Of a DNA stretch of 64,000 nucleotides, positions 31,152-42,012 are shown in pieces (position 1 is the first letter of the stretch; each line of letters starts with the position of its first letter). The notes below the pieces were generated by a model that did not search any database, was not told the DNA's origin, and was given only the letters and a program-made list of their open reading frames with translations. The stretch covers positions 1,216,001 through 1,280,000 of the forward strand of contig CAVWHX010000004.1 in the NCBI GenBank assembly GCA_963754925.1, read 5' to 3'. This DNA is from an uncultured delta proteobacterium (GTDB taxonomy: Bacteria; Myxococcota; B64-G9). Both the position numbers and the translations under genes were made by a program.

Positions 31152-31514
31152 CGCCAGCGGGAGAGGGGTTAAGTTTTGTGGTTACACCCCGATCGATCGG
31201 TGCAGCGAAACGATCTCCACGGACATCTTTGAGCAGATTTCAAAGACGGCATTCCTTACCGGGTCAACCACGTGTGCGACGAGTATCAGCACCCGCCTTA
31301 CTCGAAACTTGCGGCGCAGGTAAACCTCTAAAGAAAATCGTTCTTTCACCGTACGGCTCCCTTGACATTTTGTATCATACCTTCGAGTCCAATACGAGTA
31401 TTGTATTAATAGCGTTTCTTCCTGCAAGCGGTGGGAATAGCATGGTTCATTCAATCGTTGTATTTCGGGCTGCTATTGTGATAATGGCCAAGCGAACTTA
31501 TTCAGGAGGGTTAT

Positions 31515-32504
<990 letters not shown>

Positions 32505-32529
32505 GGCGCTCGGACCCGAGGATTTCCCC

Positions 32530-33411
32530 ATGCTGACGAGTGAGTTAATCAAGAAGATCCGCAAGATTGAGATTACCACCAAGAGGGCGGTCGAGGATGT
32601 TCTGGCCGGCCAGTACCACTCGGTCTTCAAAGGTCGCGGCATGGTCTTCGACGAGGTCCGTCCCTACCAGCCCGGTGACAATATCCGGGTGATCGACTGG
32701 AACGTCACTGCCCGGATGAACGAACTCTTCATCAAGCAATTCATCGAAGAACGCGAACTGACGGTGATGCTGCTGGTGGATGCCTCAGCCTCCCAGGCCT
32801 TTGGTTCGCGGCAGCGCTTCAAGTCAGAACTGGCGGCTGAGATCACCGCTTTGCTTGCGTTTTCTGCAATTAAAAACAACGATCGGGTTGGATTGGTAAT
32901 CTTTACCGACCAGGTCGAGCGTTTTGTACCTCCGAAAAAAGGGAAGAAGCATGTTCTGCGGGTGGTTTCGGAAGTTCTCGCCTATCGGCCGAAGCACCCC
33001 GGTACCGATATCTGCGCTGCGCTCGAGTTTGCAGCGCGGATTAACAAACGCAAAAGCATTACCTTTCTTATCAGCGACTTCCTCGCGAGTGGATACGAGC
33101 GGAGTCTTAAAATCGCCAGCCGCCGGCAGGACCTCGTGCCTATTGTTCTGCGGGATCGGTTGGAACAACAGCTCGTCAATGTTGGGGTGGCGGCGTTTCA
33201 GGACCCCGAGACCTTTGAGGTGGTTTTGTTTGATACCGGCGTACGCCGGGCCCGTGAACAGGTTGCTCAGCGCATGAAAACATTGTGGGGCGAGCAGCAG
33301 CGCCTTTTTGCGCGGTTGCGTCTCGATGCAGTCGAGCTTTTCACCGATCAGGACTATGTCCGGCCGCTGGTGACGTTCTTCAAGCGTCGGGAGGCGAGGC
33401 TGGCGCGATGA
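32530..33411 (+). CDS. DUF58 (VWA-like) protein
   Basis: G.YHSVFKGRGM.F.EVR.YQPGD.IR.IDWNVTAR, EERELTVMLLVD.S. Confidence 0.95.
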   Translation: MLTSELIKKIRKIEITTKRAVEDVLAGQYHSVFKGRGMVFDEVRPYQPGDNIRVIDWNVTARMNELFIKQFIEERELTVMLLVDASASQAFGSRQRFKSELAAEITALLAFSAIKNNDRVGLVIFTDQVERFVPPKKGKKHVLRVVSEVLAYRPKHPGTDICAALEFAARINKRKSITFLISDFLASGYERSLKIASRRQDLVPIVLRDRLEQQLVNVGVAAFQDPETFEVVLFDTGVRRAREQVAQRMKTLWGEQQRLFARLRLDAVELFTDQDYVRPLVTFFKRREARLAR

Positions 33412-34442
33412 AGGTCGGTTTTTCCTTCCACGATTTCGGCGAAAGGCACCGAGCCACGGCGGCCCGGTTTCTTTTCTTCGTGCTGCCCGGTGCGGCGGCG
33501 TTGCTTGCATTGGCGGCTGCGCCGCTTCGGGCTGCTCAGAGCGCGGACGAAAAGACCAACCAAGCGGTTTCCGTTCAGGTCAATCCCGGAAGCGCCGCCC
33601 TCGGTGAACCGATACAGTTAATCATCGAGGTGCGCGCGAAAGCTGGAGTTACCTATCGGCTGCCGGCGGCGCTCGCGCTCGATCCGTTCGTAGAGCTCTC
33701 GCGCACCGAGGAGCTAACGCCTGCCGCGGATGCTTCGGCCGGCGCGCTGCAGCGGTTTGTGGTGAAGATCGCCTGCTATCAAGAGACCGGGGCATTAACC
33801 GTTCCCTCATTTACGCTCGAGTCCGTCGTTGCCGACGGCGGCGCCCCGGTCCCGGGCATCGAAGTCCCGGAAGTTGCCGTTCGGATCACGAGCATGCTCG
33901 AGGGCGTTTCAGATCCAAAGCCGCGGGACATCCATGGTCCGGTATCCATTGTCGTCAAAGACTACCGGCTACTCGTTGTGCTGGGGTTGCTCGCGCTGTT
34001 TATCGCCGCCGGCTGGTCCCTGCGCCGCTTTGCGGGCGTGCTGCGCCCCGATCCGCGGGTACAACCATTGCCGCCACCACGCCAGGCATATGAAATCGCG
34101 ATGGAAAAACTCAATGCCATCGTCGCGGATGATCTGTTGCGGCAAGGAAAGTTTTACGAGTACTTTGTTCGGATCTCAGAAGTGGTACGTGAGTATCTGG
34201 GCAACCGCTATCAATTCTTTGCCATGGATCTGACGACCCGTGAGCTTTTGATGGAACTGTGCGACCGGCCGAGCCCCGGACTCGAGCACGCGCAATTGCG
34301 GTCGCTTCTGGAAGATGCCGATTTGGTAAAGTTTGCGCGCCTTCGGCCGAGCGACGATCAGTGCGCCCACGCAATCAACGAGGCCTTCACCGTGGTCGAA
34401 CGTACGCGACTCCCGCTCGCCTACCAGGAGGGACAGGTATAA
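33408..34442 (+). CDS. Bat-operon exported/membrane protein between DUF58 and batA
   Basis: Signal-like N-terminus, single TM, then 'YF.RISEVVREYL..RY...A...TT.EL..ADLVKFA' typical of this operon position. Confidence 0.75.
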   Translation: MKVGFSFHDFGERHRATAARFLFFVLPGAAALLALAAAPLRAAQSADEKTNQAVSVQVNPGSAALGEPIQLIIEVRAKAGVTYRLPAALALDPFVELSRTEELTPAADASAGALQRFVVKIACYQETGALTVPSFTLESVVADGGAPVPGIEVPEVAVRITSMLEGVSDPKPRDIHGPVSIVVKDYRLLVVLGLLALFIAAGWSLRRFAGVLRPDPRVQPLPPPRQAYEIAMEKLNAIVADDLLRQGKFYEYFVRISEVVREYLGNRYQFFAMDLTTRELLMELCDRPSPGLEHAQLRSLLEDADLVKFARLRPSDDQCAHAINEAFTVVERTRLPLAYQEGQV

Positions 34443-35713
34443 TGCCGGTTCGGGAGCTGCACTTTCAGTCCCTCGGGGCGCTTGCTCTCTTGGCGGTTGT
34501 GCCGCTGCTGGTGGTAAGCCTGCTATTAACGGAACGGCGCAGGCGCGCGGTTGCCGCGCCGGGGGCTAGCCGCGGCGATAGCAAGGACGAGAGCCGGGTA
34601 GCATCGATCCTGTTGTTGCTGTGTGCGGGCGCGACCATTGTCGGCAGCGCGGCTACCGGCTGGGTGCTCCTGGGGAGCGATGACGATCCGTTGAGAACTC
34701 CCCTGGGACTCACCGGGCTTTCGCTGCTTGCCGGCGCTCTCATGCTCGCGACCCTGGCGCTGTGGCTGCATCGCAACCTGCGGCCAATTTTTATCTTTCC
34801 GACGATGTCTTGGGTAAAAGACATTCCCGAGGGACGTCCGTCACGGCTTCGCTTCTTGGTGCCGATTTTTCGGCTGCTCTCGATAATGCTGGTCATTGTG
34901 GCGCTGGCGCGGCCGCAGATAGCAAGCACCATGGCCGATGAGTATACCGAGGGCATGGACATCGTATTGGTCCTGGACCTATCGACCAGTATGCGCGCCG
35001 TGGATTTCGCGCCACCCGACCGGCCGCGCGAGCGGATGAGCCGCATCGACGGGGCCAAGGAAACAATTGCTAATTTTATCAAGCAGCGTAAGAACGACCG
35101 CTTAGGGTTGGTGATCTTTGCAGCCGAGGCCTTTACCCAAAGTCCGCTGACGTTGGACTACTCGGTGCTGCAAAATATCCTTAAGTCGATCGATGCTGGG
35201 ATGATCGAGGATGGCACCGCGATCGGCAACGCCGTGGTGGTGGCCGTCAATCGTCTGCGCGATTCAGAAGCCGAGAGCAAGGTGATCATTTTGTTAACCG
35301 ATGGGGACGATAATGCCTCCACGGTGGCGCCGGTCCAGGCGGCCGAAATAGCAGCCGAAAAGCACATCATCGTGTTCCCGATTCTTGTCGGCAAGGGCGG
35401 CCGAGTGCCCTATCCGGTGGGAACCGATGTTTTTGGGCAGATGCAATATCAGTTGGTCGAAATCCCCACCAATCCTGAGCTGTTACAAAAGATCGCCGAG
35501 ATAACCAAAGGCACCTTCTACCGAGCGATCGACCAACGGGGCCTGGAGGAAGATCTGCAGGATATCCTTAATCATATGAAGACGACTCGGTTGCTCGAAC
35601 CCGGGCGCTTTACCCATCATACCGAGCGATTCCAAGTGCCGCTGCTTGCGGCACTGGCGCTGCTGCTCTTTGAGCTGTTATTGCGTTGGACGCGCTTTCG
35701 CGCTTTCCCGTGA
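34442..35713 (+). CDS. batA: VWA-domain protein BatA
   Basis: ALARPQ, G.DIVLVLDLSTSM, DRLGLVIFA.EAFTQSPLTLD, GTAIG, ILLTDG. Confidence 0.9.
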   Translation: MPVRELHFQSLGALALLAVVPLLVVSLLLTERRRRAVAAPGASRGDSKDESRVASILLLLCAGATIVGSAATGWVLLGSDDDPLRTPLGLTGLSLLAGALMLATLALWLHRNLRPIFIFPTMSWVKDIPEGRPSRLRFLVPIFRLLSIMLVIVALARPQIASTMADEYTEGMDIVLVLDLSTSMRAVDFAPPDRPRERMSRIDGAKETIANFIKQRKNDRLGLVIFAAEAFTQSPLTLDYSVLQNILKSIDAGMIEDGTAIGNAVVVAVNRLRDSEAESKVIILLTDGDDNASTVAPVQAAEIAAEKHIIVFPILVGKGGRVPYPVGTDVFGQMQYQLVEIPTNPELLQKIAEITKGTFYRAIDQRGLEEDLQDILNHMKTTRLLEPGRFTHHTERFQVPLLAALALLLFELLLRWTRFRAFP

Positions 35714-35719
35714 GGACCC

Positions 35720-36742
35720 ATGAGGTTTGCGGCGTACGAATACCTGTACTTCCTGTTGGTGGTGCCCGTGGTCGCCGCCTTCGGCGTTGTCGCTTTGCTG
35801 CGACGCCGGAATGCCGGCCGCGCGGTGGCGGAAGATAAACTCTTCGCCCGGCTTGCCCCCGCAACCTCGCTCGAGCGCGAGGTGTTAAGGCTCATCGCGA
35901 TCGTCCTGGCGCTGGTATTGATCATTTTCGCCTTGAGCCGGCCGCAGTTTGGCGCGCACTCCACCATCGTCAAACGCCGCGGATTGGATGTGGTGGTGGC
36001 CCTCGACATGTCCAAATCGATGCTGGCGCGCGACATCTCCTCGGGGGCTTCCGGTGACCGACTCAAACGCGCCAAGATGGAAGTACAAGGGCTGATCGAC
36101 CGCTTGGAAGGCGATCGCATCGGCCTGGTGGCCTTTGCGGGGGCCGCATTTGTCCAATGCCCGCTCACGTCGGACTATGCGGCGGCCAAGTTGTTCATGC
36201 GCTCGATGAACGTCGGTCAAATCCCGGTGGGTGGAACCAATTTTGCCGAGGCGTTGCGGGTGGCGCGCGAGATGTTTGCGGGCGCGCGCGGCGGCTCGCG
36301 CTCAAAGGTCGTCGTGCTCATCTCGGACGGCGAGGACCACGAGGGTCAGTATGAAAAGGAAGTCGAGCGGCTGCGCGATCTCGGGGTAATCATCCACACC
36401 ATTGGCGTTGGCACCCAAATCGGCGAGCTGATTCCAGAGGAGGATGGCAGGTATCTGCATAACGAGGGTAAGACGGTCATGACCCGGTTACAGGAGAACA
36501 CCCTCAAGGCGATAGCCGAGTCGACGGGCGGGGTGTACGTACACTCGGCGGCGGGCGATCTCGGTTTTACGACCATCTATGAAATGATGAGTCAGTTGCA
36601 GAAATCGGACTACGACGCGCGCTTTGAGACTGTTTTTGAGGAGAAGTTCCAAGTATTTGCTTTTATGGGGTTGTTGTTGCTCATCGCCGCGAGCGTGATT
36701 CCGCGTGGGCGCACCACGACCCGGAACGGGGAGGCGCCATGA
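35720..36742 (+). CDS. batB: VWA-domain protein BatB
   Basis: LSRPQFG, ALDMSKSMLARD, FAG.AFVQCPLT.DY, SDGEDHEG. Confidence 0.92.
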   Translation: MRFAAYEYLYFLLVVPVVAAFGVVALLRRRNAGRAVAEDKLFARLAPATSLEREVLRLIAIVLALVLIIFALSRPQFGAHSTIVKRRGLDVVVALDMSKSMLARDISSGASGDRLKRAKMEVQGLIDRLEGDRIGLVAFAGAAFVQCPLTSDYAAAKLFMRSMNVGQIPVGGTNFAEALRVAREMFAGARGGSRSKVVVLISDGEDHEGQYEKEVERLRDLGVIIHTIGVGTQIGELIPEEDGRYLHNEGKTVMTRLQENTLKAIAESTGGVYVHSAAGDLGFTTIYEMMSQLQKSDYDARFETVFEEKFQVFAFMGLLLLIAASVIPRGRTTTRNGEAP

Positions 36743-37632
36743 AACCGATCCGTTTGCTCTTCTCAGCGGTGGTGTTGCTGGCAACAGACGCTCAGGCGTC
36801 TCCCTTTGACTGGCCGATATACCCGGTTGAGCAGGGTAACCAGAGCTATACCGAGGGCAAGTACGAAGATGCGCTTGAACAGTACGAGGGTGTCGAAGAA
36901 CAGCTCACCGGCGAAGCGCGTCTGCAATTTGATCGTGGGGATGCGCTGTTCAAACTGCAACGCTTCAAGGAAGCGCGTGAGGCTTTCCTGCGCGCGACCG
37001 GTACCGACGATCCGGAGCTGAAAAAGCGCAATTACTACAATATTGGCAACACGTTCCTGGCCGAGAACTCGTTTCCGGACGCCATCGATTACTATCGACG
37101 GGCGCTCGAAATCGATCCGACCTTCGAGGATGCTCGTTTTAATCTTGAGCTGGCGGTGCGCGCTTTGAAACAGCAAAAGGATCAGCAGGAAAAAAACAAG
37201 CAGGATAAGAATCAGAAGGATAACCAGAACGACAACCAGGGCAAGCGGCAAGACCAACAGCACGATAGCAGCCAAGACAAGAAGGAACAGGAAAACCAGC
37301 AACAGCAGGAGCAAAATCAAAAACAGGATCAGAAACAGGAACGGGAACAAAACCAAGATCAAAAGCAGGATCAAAAACAGGATCAAAAACAATCAGATCA
37401 ACAGGCACATCAGCAGAAGCAGGATCAGCAGCAACAAAATCAACAGGATCTCAACCAGCCGCAAGAACAACAATCCGGAACGGAGGAGAAGCGACCCGAA
37501 GGCACGTTATCGCAAATGCAAGTTAATGATCTTCTCGATGCGGCGCGCGAGACCGAGAAGCCCTTTCAGCTCTACCGTTTTCAGTTGCCGGAAAGTAAGC
37601 TTAAGAATAGAAGAGTCGAAAAGGACTGGTGA
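36739..37632 (+). CDS. batC: TPR protein BatC with Gln/Lys/Asp-rich linker
   Basis: TPRs (YYNIGN, A.FNLELA), Q-rich tract, C-terminal EKDW. Confidence 0.88.
   Translation: MKPIRLLFSAVVLLATDAQASPFDWPIYPVEQGNQSYTEGKYEDALEQYEGVEEQLTGEARLQFDRGDALFKLQRFKEAREAFLRATGTDDPELKKRNYYNIGNTFLAENSFPDAIDYYRRALEIDPTFEDARFNLELAVRALKQQKDQQEKNKQDKNQKDNQNDNQGKRQDQQHDSSQDKKEQENQQQQEQNQKQDQKQEREQNQDQKQDQKQDQKQSDQQAHQQKQDQQQQNQQDLNQPQEQQSGTEEKRPEGTLSQMQVNDLLDAARETEKPFQLYRFQLPESKLKNRRVEKDW
37171..37472 (+). repeat. Low-complexity coding repeat (QDQK)n within batC
   Basis: Degenerate 12-nt unit caggatcaaaaa repeated in tandem around 37310-37395. Confidence 0.8.
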
Positions 37633-39503
37633 GTTGTTTGAATAATCAAAGATGGCCTCTACTACTTTGCAGTATCCTCCTCGGCAGCCCTATGGCCGTG
37701 CGTGCGACGGAGGTGTCTTTTTCCGCTTCGGTCGACCAGACCGAGATAGGGCTCAACGACACCGTGATGCTCACGCTCTCCTTTCAGGCGCCGGATCTCT
37801 CCCAGGCGACCGACCTCCAGCGACCCAACCTCGGCAGCTTGCAGATGGTTAATGAACAACAGCAAGAAAGCTTTTCATTCAACTTTATCAACGGCCAACA
37901 GCAAGTGCGAAAATTGCGCAACACGATTCTCGTGCTCCGTCCCACCGTTGAGGGCACGGTAACCATTGGGTCGGCCCATATCAATTACCAGGGCAGGGTG
38001 TTATCGACCGATCCCATAACGGTTCGCGTCGTCAAGGAACGATCGACCGCCAAGCGACCCCGACGGAGACCGGTTGGATCAAGTCCCTTTGACTCACCGT
38101 TTGACGACTTTTTTCGTTCACCCATGGATCGGTTTCAGGATGAACCAGCCGAGGTGAGCGAAGCCGATTTATTCGTTGAGGCCGTAATCAACCCCGATAC
38201 GGTGGTCGAGGGTCAGCAAGCGACCGTGACGCTCGCGATATACTCACGGGTAGGAGCGCGCCTTAAAGCAGTTCGCTGGCCAAAACTACAAGAGTTTTTT
38301 ACGATGGACCGCGACGTAAGCGACCTGCAGATCGAGGAAAAGGTACTGAATGGTATAGCGTACCAATATAAGGTGCTCGACCGGAAAGCGCTCTTTCCTT
38401 TGCAATCGGGGGAACTCAGAATCGAGCCCGTCGAGGTTGACGTCGACACCAGCGCCTCGCCCTTCTTCGGCGGTCAGGCGCGCACCCTGCGCACCAAGCC
38501 ACTGAAGCTTCGGGTTGAGCCGCTTCCGTCCGCGGGCCAGCCAAAAGAGTTTCACCCCGGCAACGTGGGGCACTTCGAACTATCCGCTGCTGTTGACGAG
38601 CGTGCGGTCAACCTTAATCAACCGGTGACCTACACGCTTACCGTGCGCGGTTCCGGCAACATACAGCAGCTGCGCCCTCCCGAGCTGCCGCTCTTGGATA
38701 AGGTTAAACGCTTTGATCCGGCGGTGGATATAAAAGTCCCCAAGAAAGGTCGGGAGGTGAAGGGATCTAAGACCGTTGAATATATTCTTATGCCGCTTGC
38801 GTCGGGCGAACTGACTATTCCATCGCTCTCCTTTTCCTTTTACGATCCCACGGTCAGTGCGTACCGCACCCTGAGCACCGAGAGCATAGCCGTCACGGTG
38901 GCGGACAGTTCCACAACGGCGCAACCGGGCGAAGCCGGTCCGCACGAGGTCAACCTTGTGGCCGGCGCCCTCAAGCCAATTCGGTTCGTGAGCACGTTGA
39001 GTGGCTATGGCCCGCCCTTTTATCGCAGCAAGCTGTTTATTCCCCTCTTGATTGCTCCCGTGGCGCTGTGGCTCGTGCTCATACTGAGTTTGGCGATTCA
39101 AGCGCGGCTGCAGACCGACAGCCCCCGCCTCCGCATGCGCAGGGCTGCGATCAGGGCCCGTCAGCGGTTGAAGCGGACCAAGAAGCTGATCGTTACGGGA
39201 AATGCAGCGGACTTTTATGCCGAGCTCAAGTTAGCCTTGCTGGATGCGCTCGAGGCTCGAACCGGGTTGCCGTTGCATGGGGTGCGGTTGGACAAAACAC
39301 GAATGCTGATGGAGGAGTCCGGAGCCGGTGCGAAGACCGCCGATGCGGTGGTCCGGGAAATAGAAAACTGCGACTTCGGACGATTTGCCCCGGCCAACTC
39401 GCGGGGTGATGAGATGCAGGCTGCTTCAGAGCGGGTAACAAAACTCGTGGCTACCCTGGCTCGTCAACGACCGGCGCGCCCCGTTCGGGAGGGCGGTCTA
39501 TGA
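37629..39503 (+). CDS. batD: BatD family protein
   Basis: Signal peptide, repeated beta-sandwich segments, G.VG.F, G.GNI, C-terminal TM and RFAP. Confidence 0.88.
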   Translation: MSCLNNQRWPLLLCSILLGSPMAVRATEVSFSASVDQTEIGLNDTVMLTLSFQAPDLSQATDLQRPNLGSLQMVNEQQQESFSFNFINGQQQVRKLRNTILVLRPTVEGTVTIGSAHINYQGRVLSTDPITVRVVKERSTAKRPRRRPVGSSPFDSPFDDFFRSPMDRFQDEPAEVSEADLFVEAVINPDTVVEGQQATVTLAIYSRVGARLKAVRWPKLQEFFTMDRDVSDLQIEEKVLNGIAYQYKVLDRKALFPLQSGELRIEPVEVDVDTSASPFFGGQARTLRTKPLKLRVEPLPSAGQPKEFHPGNVGHFELSAAVDERAVNLNQPVTYTLTVRGSGNIQQLRPPELPLLDKVKRFDPAVDIKVPKKGREVKGSKTVEYILMPLASGELTIPSLSFSFYDPTVSAYRTLSTESIAVTVADSSTTAQPGEAGPHEVNLVAGALKPIRFVSTLSGYGPPFYRSKLFIPLLIAPVALWLVLILSLAIQARLQTDSPRLRMRRAAIRARQRLKRTKKLIVTGNAADFYAELKLALLDALEARTGLPLHGVRLDKTRMLMEESGAGAKTADAVVREIENCDFGRFAPANSRGDEMQAASERVTKLVATLARQRPARPVREGGL

Positions 39504-40339
39504 AAAAGCTATGGGTGTGGCTCCTGGCGATAGTATGCCTCATCGCGGTGAGCGCCCGTGCCTCGTCCGAGAGCGCGGTCGCCGCGAACTCCATGGCAGC
39601 AACGTCGTCTCCCGAGGGTGCATCGCCTGCGCCTGAGTCGGATCGGATCGCCCATTTCCAGAAAGGAAACCAGGCCTATCTGGATGGCGACTACCCGAAG
39701 GCGATTGGCGAATACCGGCGGGTGCTTGAAACCGGGGTTTTTCATCCCGATCTGTATTTCAACCTTGCTAATGCCTATTACCGTGCCGGACAAAAGGGGT
39801 TGGCAGTGTTGTTTTATGAGAAGGCGCTCGATCTTGATCCGTCCGACTCGGCTGCGAATTCCAATTTGGCGATGGTACAAAAGGAACTGATCGATAGGGT
39901 TGTGATGCCCGAGGACGGGCCGGTCGGCGAACCGCCCTGGCATGGATTCATCCGCAGCCTATCGGTTGGCTGGCTGACCGCTGTTTTTCTGGTTCTGTAC
40001 GGTGCGACGTTTGTAATCCTGATATGGCGCAGGTTGGTTTCGGCCAACGTGCTGCGCCGCTTGCTGTTTTGGTTCATCATTCCGTTACTCTGCCTTGTGT
40101 TTCTGTTTGGCGTGTTACTCGGCAGCCGGATCTACGTTCAAGAAATTGTCCATCATGGAATCGTGGTATCCCAAACCGCGGGCTTGCGAGAAGGCCCGGA
40201 TCGCAACGCAAAGATGCTGATGGAACTGCACGAGGGACTCAAGCTCCAGCTGCTTTCGGAGGTTGGGGATTATGCTCGGGTTAGGTTGCAGAACGGGGTG
40301 GAAGGTTTTTTACTGCGTGATCAATTCGGGGAGATATAA
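39500..40339 (+). CDS. batE: TPR plus SH3 protein BatE
   Basis: F.KGN.AY, LYFNLANAYYR, YEKAL.LDP, LREGP..LHEG.K..L..G.EG. Confidence 0.88.
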   Translation: MKKLWVWLLAIVCLIAVSARASSESAVAANSMAATSSPEGASPAPESDRIAHFQKGNQAYLDGDYPKAIGEYRRVLETGVFHPDLYFNLANAYYRAGQKGLAVLFYEKALDLDPSDSAANSNLAMVQKELIDRVVMPEDGPVGEPPWHGFIRSLSVGWLTAVFLVLYGATFVILIWRRLVSANVLRRLLFWFIIPLLCLVFLFGVLLGSRIYVQEIVHHGIVVSQTAGLREGPDRNAKMLMELHEGLKLQLLSEVGDYARVRLQNGVEGFLLRDQFGEI

Positions 40340-40447
40340 ACATAATCCGTGAGTTGACTGGCCAGGGGGTCGCGTGGTAATCTCGGCAATGTCGACTCAA
40401 CTAGAATTATCAAGCATTCCAATTTGTTACACGAGGAGCTAACATCC

Positions 40448-41272
40448 GTGATAAGGTTTATTTGTGGTTTTGGGCTGTTGTATGTGTTTTTGTCGATCCC
40501 GTCTGGTTGCGCCTCAGGCCCGAAAGCACACCCCAAAGTATCCTACCAAACAGACGCCAAAGAAAATTTTCTCAAAGGAAAGAAGGCGTTTGATAAAAAA
40601 GATTATGTCGATGCGGTTGAATATTTTACCTTCGTAAAGCAGAAGTTTCCGTATTCCACCTATGCCGTTGAGGCCGATCTCCTGTTGGCTGATTGCCATT
40701 TTAGACGAGATCAGTTCACGGAGGCAATTGACGCCTACACCGATTTCATCAAGCTGCACCCGAAAAACGAAAAGGTTCCCTACGCCGCCTTCCAGATCGG
40801 CATGAGTGCGTACCAACAGATTCCAGATAACTGGTGGATTTTCCCGCCGTCATACGAACTTGATCAGCGTGAGACGACCCGCGCGATGCTTGAGCTTCAG
40901 CGATACCTTATTCAATACCCCGACGACTCGAATGTCCCGGAGGCCCAAGCTCTTCTCAAGAAATGCAAGCGACGATTGGCCGAGCAGGTAAACTATGTAA
41001 TGGATTTCTACCAGAAGAGAAAACACTCCCGCGGCGTGCTCTGGCGGGCCGATGAATTGCTGACCAAATATCCGGGCTCAGGTTTTGACGATAAGGCGCT
41101 GTACTTCAAGGCCGAGGCGTTGCTCGCACTCGGTGATGCAACCGGCGCGCGGGCTACCCTCGATCAATTGATCGCGAGCTCGCCCCAGGGTGCGTACGAG
41201 AAGGACGCGAAAAAGTTGCTTGAACGGATTCCGCCGGCTCCTCCTGCTGCTGCTGGGGGCAGCTCTCCGTGA
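40448..41272 (+). CDS. bamD: Outer-membrane protein assembly factor BamD (lipoprotein)
   Basis: Lipobox-like IPSGC, FPYS.YA..A.L, F.KLHP, DQ..T..A, YP.S, FY.KR; start uncertain (40424-40448). Confidence 0.88.
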   Translation: MIRFICGFGLLYVFLSIPSGCASGPKAHPKVSYQTDAKENFLKGKKAFDKKDYVDAVEYFTFVKQKFPYSTYAVEADLLLADCHFRRDQFTEAIDAYTDFIKLHPKNEKVPYAAFQIGMSAYQQIPDNWWIFPPSYELDQRETTRAMLELQRYLIQYPDDSNVPEAQALLKKCKRRLAEQVNYVMDFYQKRKHSRGVLWRADELLTKYPGSGFDDKALYFKAEALLALGDATGARATLDQLIASSPQGAYEKDAKKLLERIPPAPPAAAGGSSP

Positions 41273-41994
41273 GAGTTTCATCGGTTTTGATCCTGGTGGC
41301 AGATCTGGTTTTACTGTGCGCGTGCCAGGAAACCGCTCACGATAGTCCCCGAACGTTGCTTTCTCGGATTGAGCGCGCGCTGCGGCTTGGCGACACGGGC
41401 GCGATAATGCTGCTCATTGACAAAGAATACCAAGACGACTTGGGTGGCGCGGGTCATTTGGCGGAAGATCTGCGTCGTTTGTTTACTGTCTACGGTGAAC
41501 TGGAGTTCCGCTGCGAAAACATAACGACATTTCCCGAAAGCCTCAGCGCCAACGCGATAGTCGAGGGCAGAACCTTGCACTATGAGGGCCCGTTCACTCT
41601 GCAACTCGGACGAACCACGGACGGTTGGGTGGTGCGTGGGGGGCTTCTGACCGATCTGCGGGGCATCATACAAACCTTGCGCGACCGCCGGCTGGCGCTT
41701 GAACGGGGCGTTGTGGACGAGCTTGCCGAAATCGTTTCACCTGAGTACAACGGCCGCCCCGGGGGTCGAAAAGGCGTTATCGGACGGATTCGAAGCGAAT
41801 TTGCTTCAATCCGAGACGCTGCTTTGGTCGTGCGCGATCTTGAGATTGTGGTGACCGGCGAAAACGCGCAGGTGACCCAGAGTTACCTCTTGATCACGCA
41901 CGTTAACGAGCGCACCATCGAGCAGCGCGACCGTGAGCGATTAGAACTTCGTAAGGAGGGCACGCGCTGGCGTTTTTTTGCCGGTCTGGGTTGA
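41269..41994 (+). CDS. Hypothetical lipoprotein, probably two NTF2/SnoaL-like domains
   Basis: LLCAC lipobox-like; two halves ending LGRTTDGW.V and LRKEGTRW.F.AG. Confidence 0.6.
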   Translation: MRVSSVLILVADLVLLCACQETAHDSPRTLLSRIERALRLGDTGAIMLLIDKEYQDDLGGAGHLAEDLRRLFTVYGELEFRCENITTFPESLSANAIVEGRTLHYEGPFTLQLGRTTDGWVVRGGLLTDLRGIIQTLRDRRLALERGVVDELAEIVSPEYNGRPGGRKGVIGRIRSEFASIRDAALVVRDLEIVVTGENAQVTQSYLLITHVNERTIEQRDRERLELRKEGTRWRFFAGLG

Positions 41995-42012
41995 TGCCGT
42001 GGAGGGGATCCC

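Noticed and set aside
31182..31454. 90-aa minus-strand ORF upstream of moxR
   Set aside because: No RBS or recognisable motif; overlaps the likely moxR promoter region; cannot be supported without a search
36763..37392. Hydrophobic 209-aa minus-strand ORF
   Set aside because: Antisense of the Gln/Lys-rich batC tract
37310..37400. CRISPR-like tandem repeats
   Set aside because: In-frame 12-nt coding repeats without spacers; no cas genes
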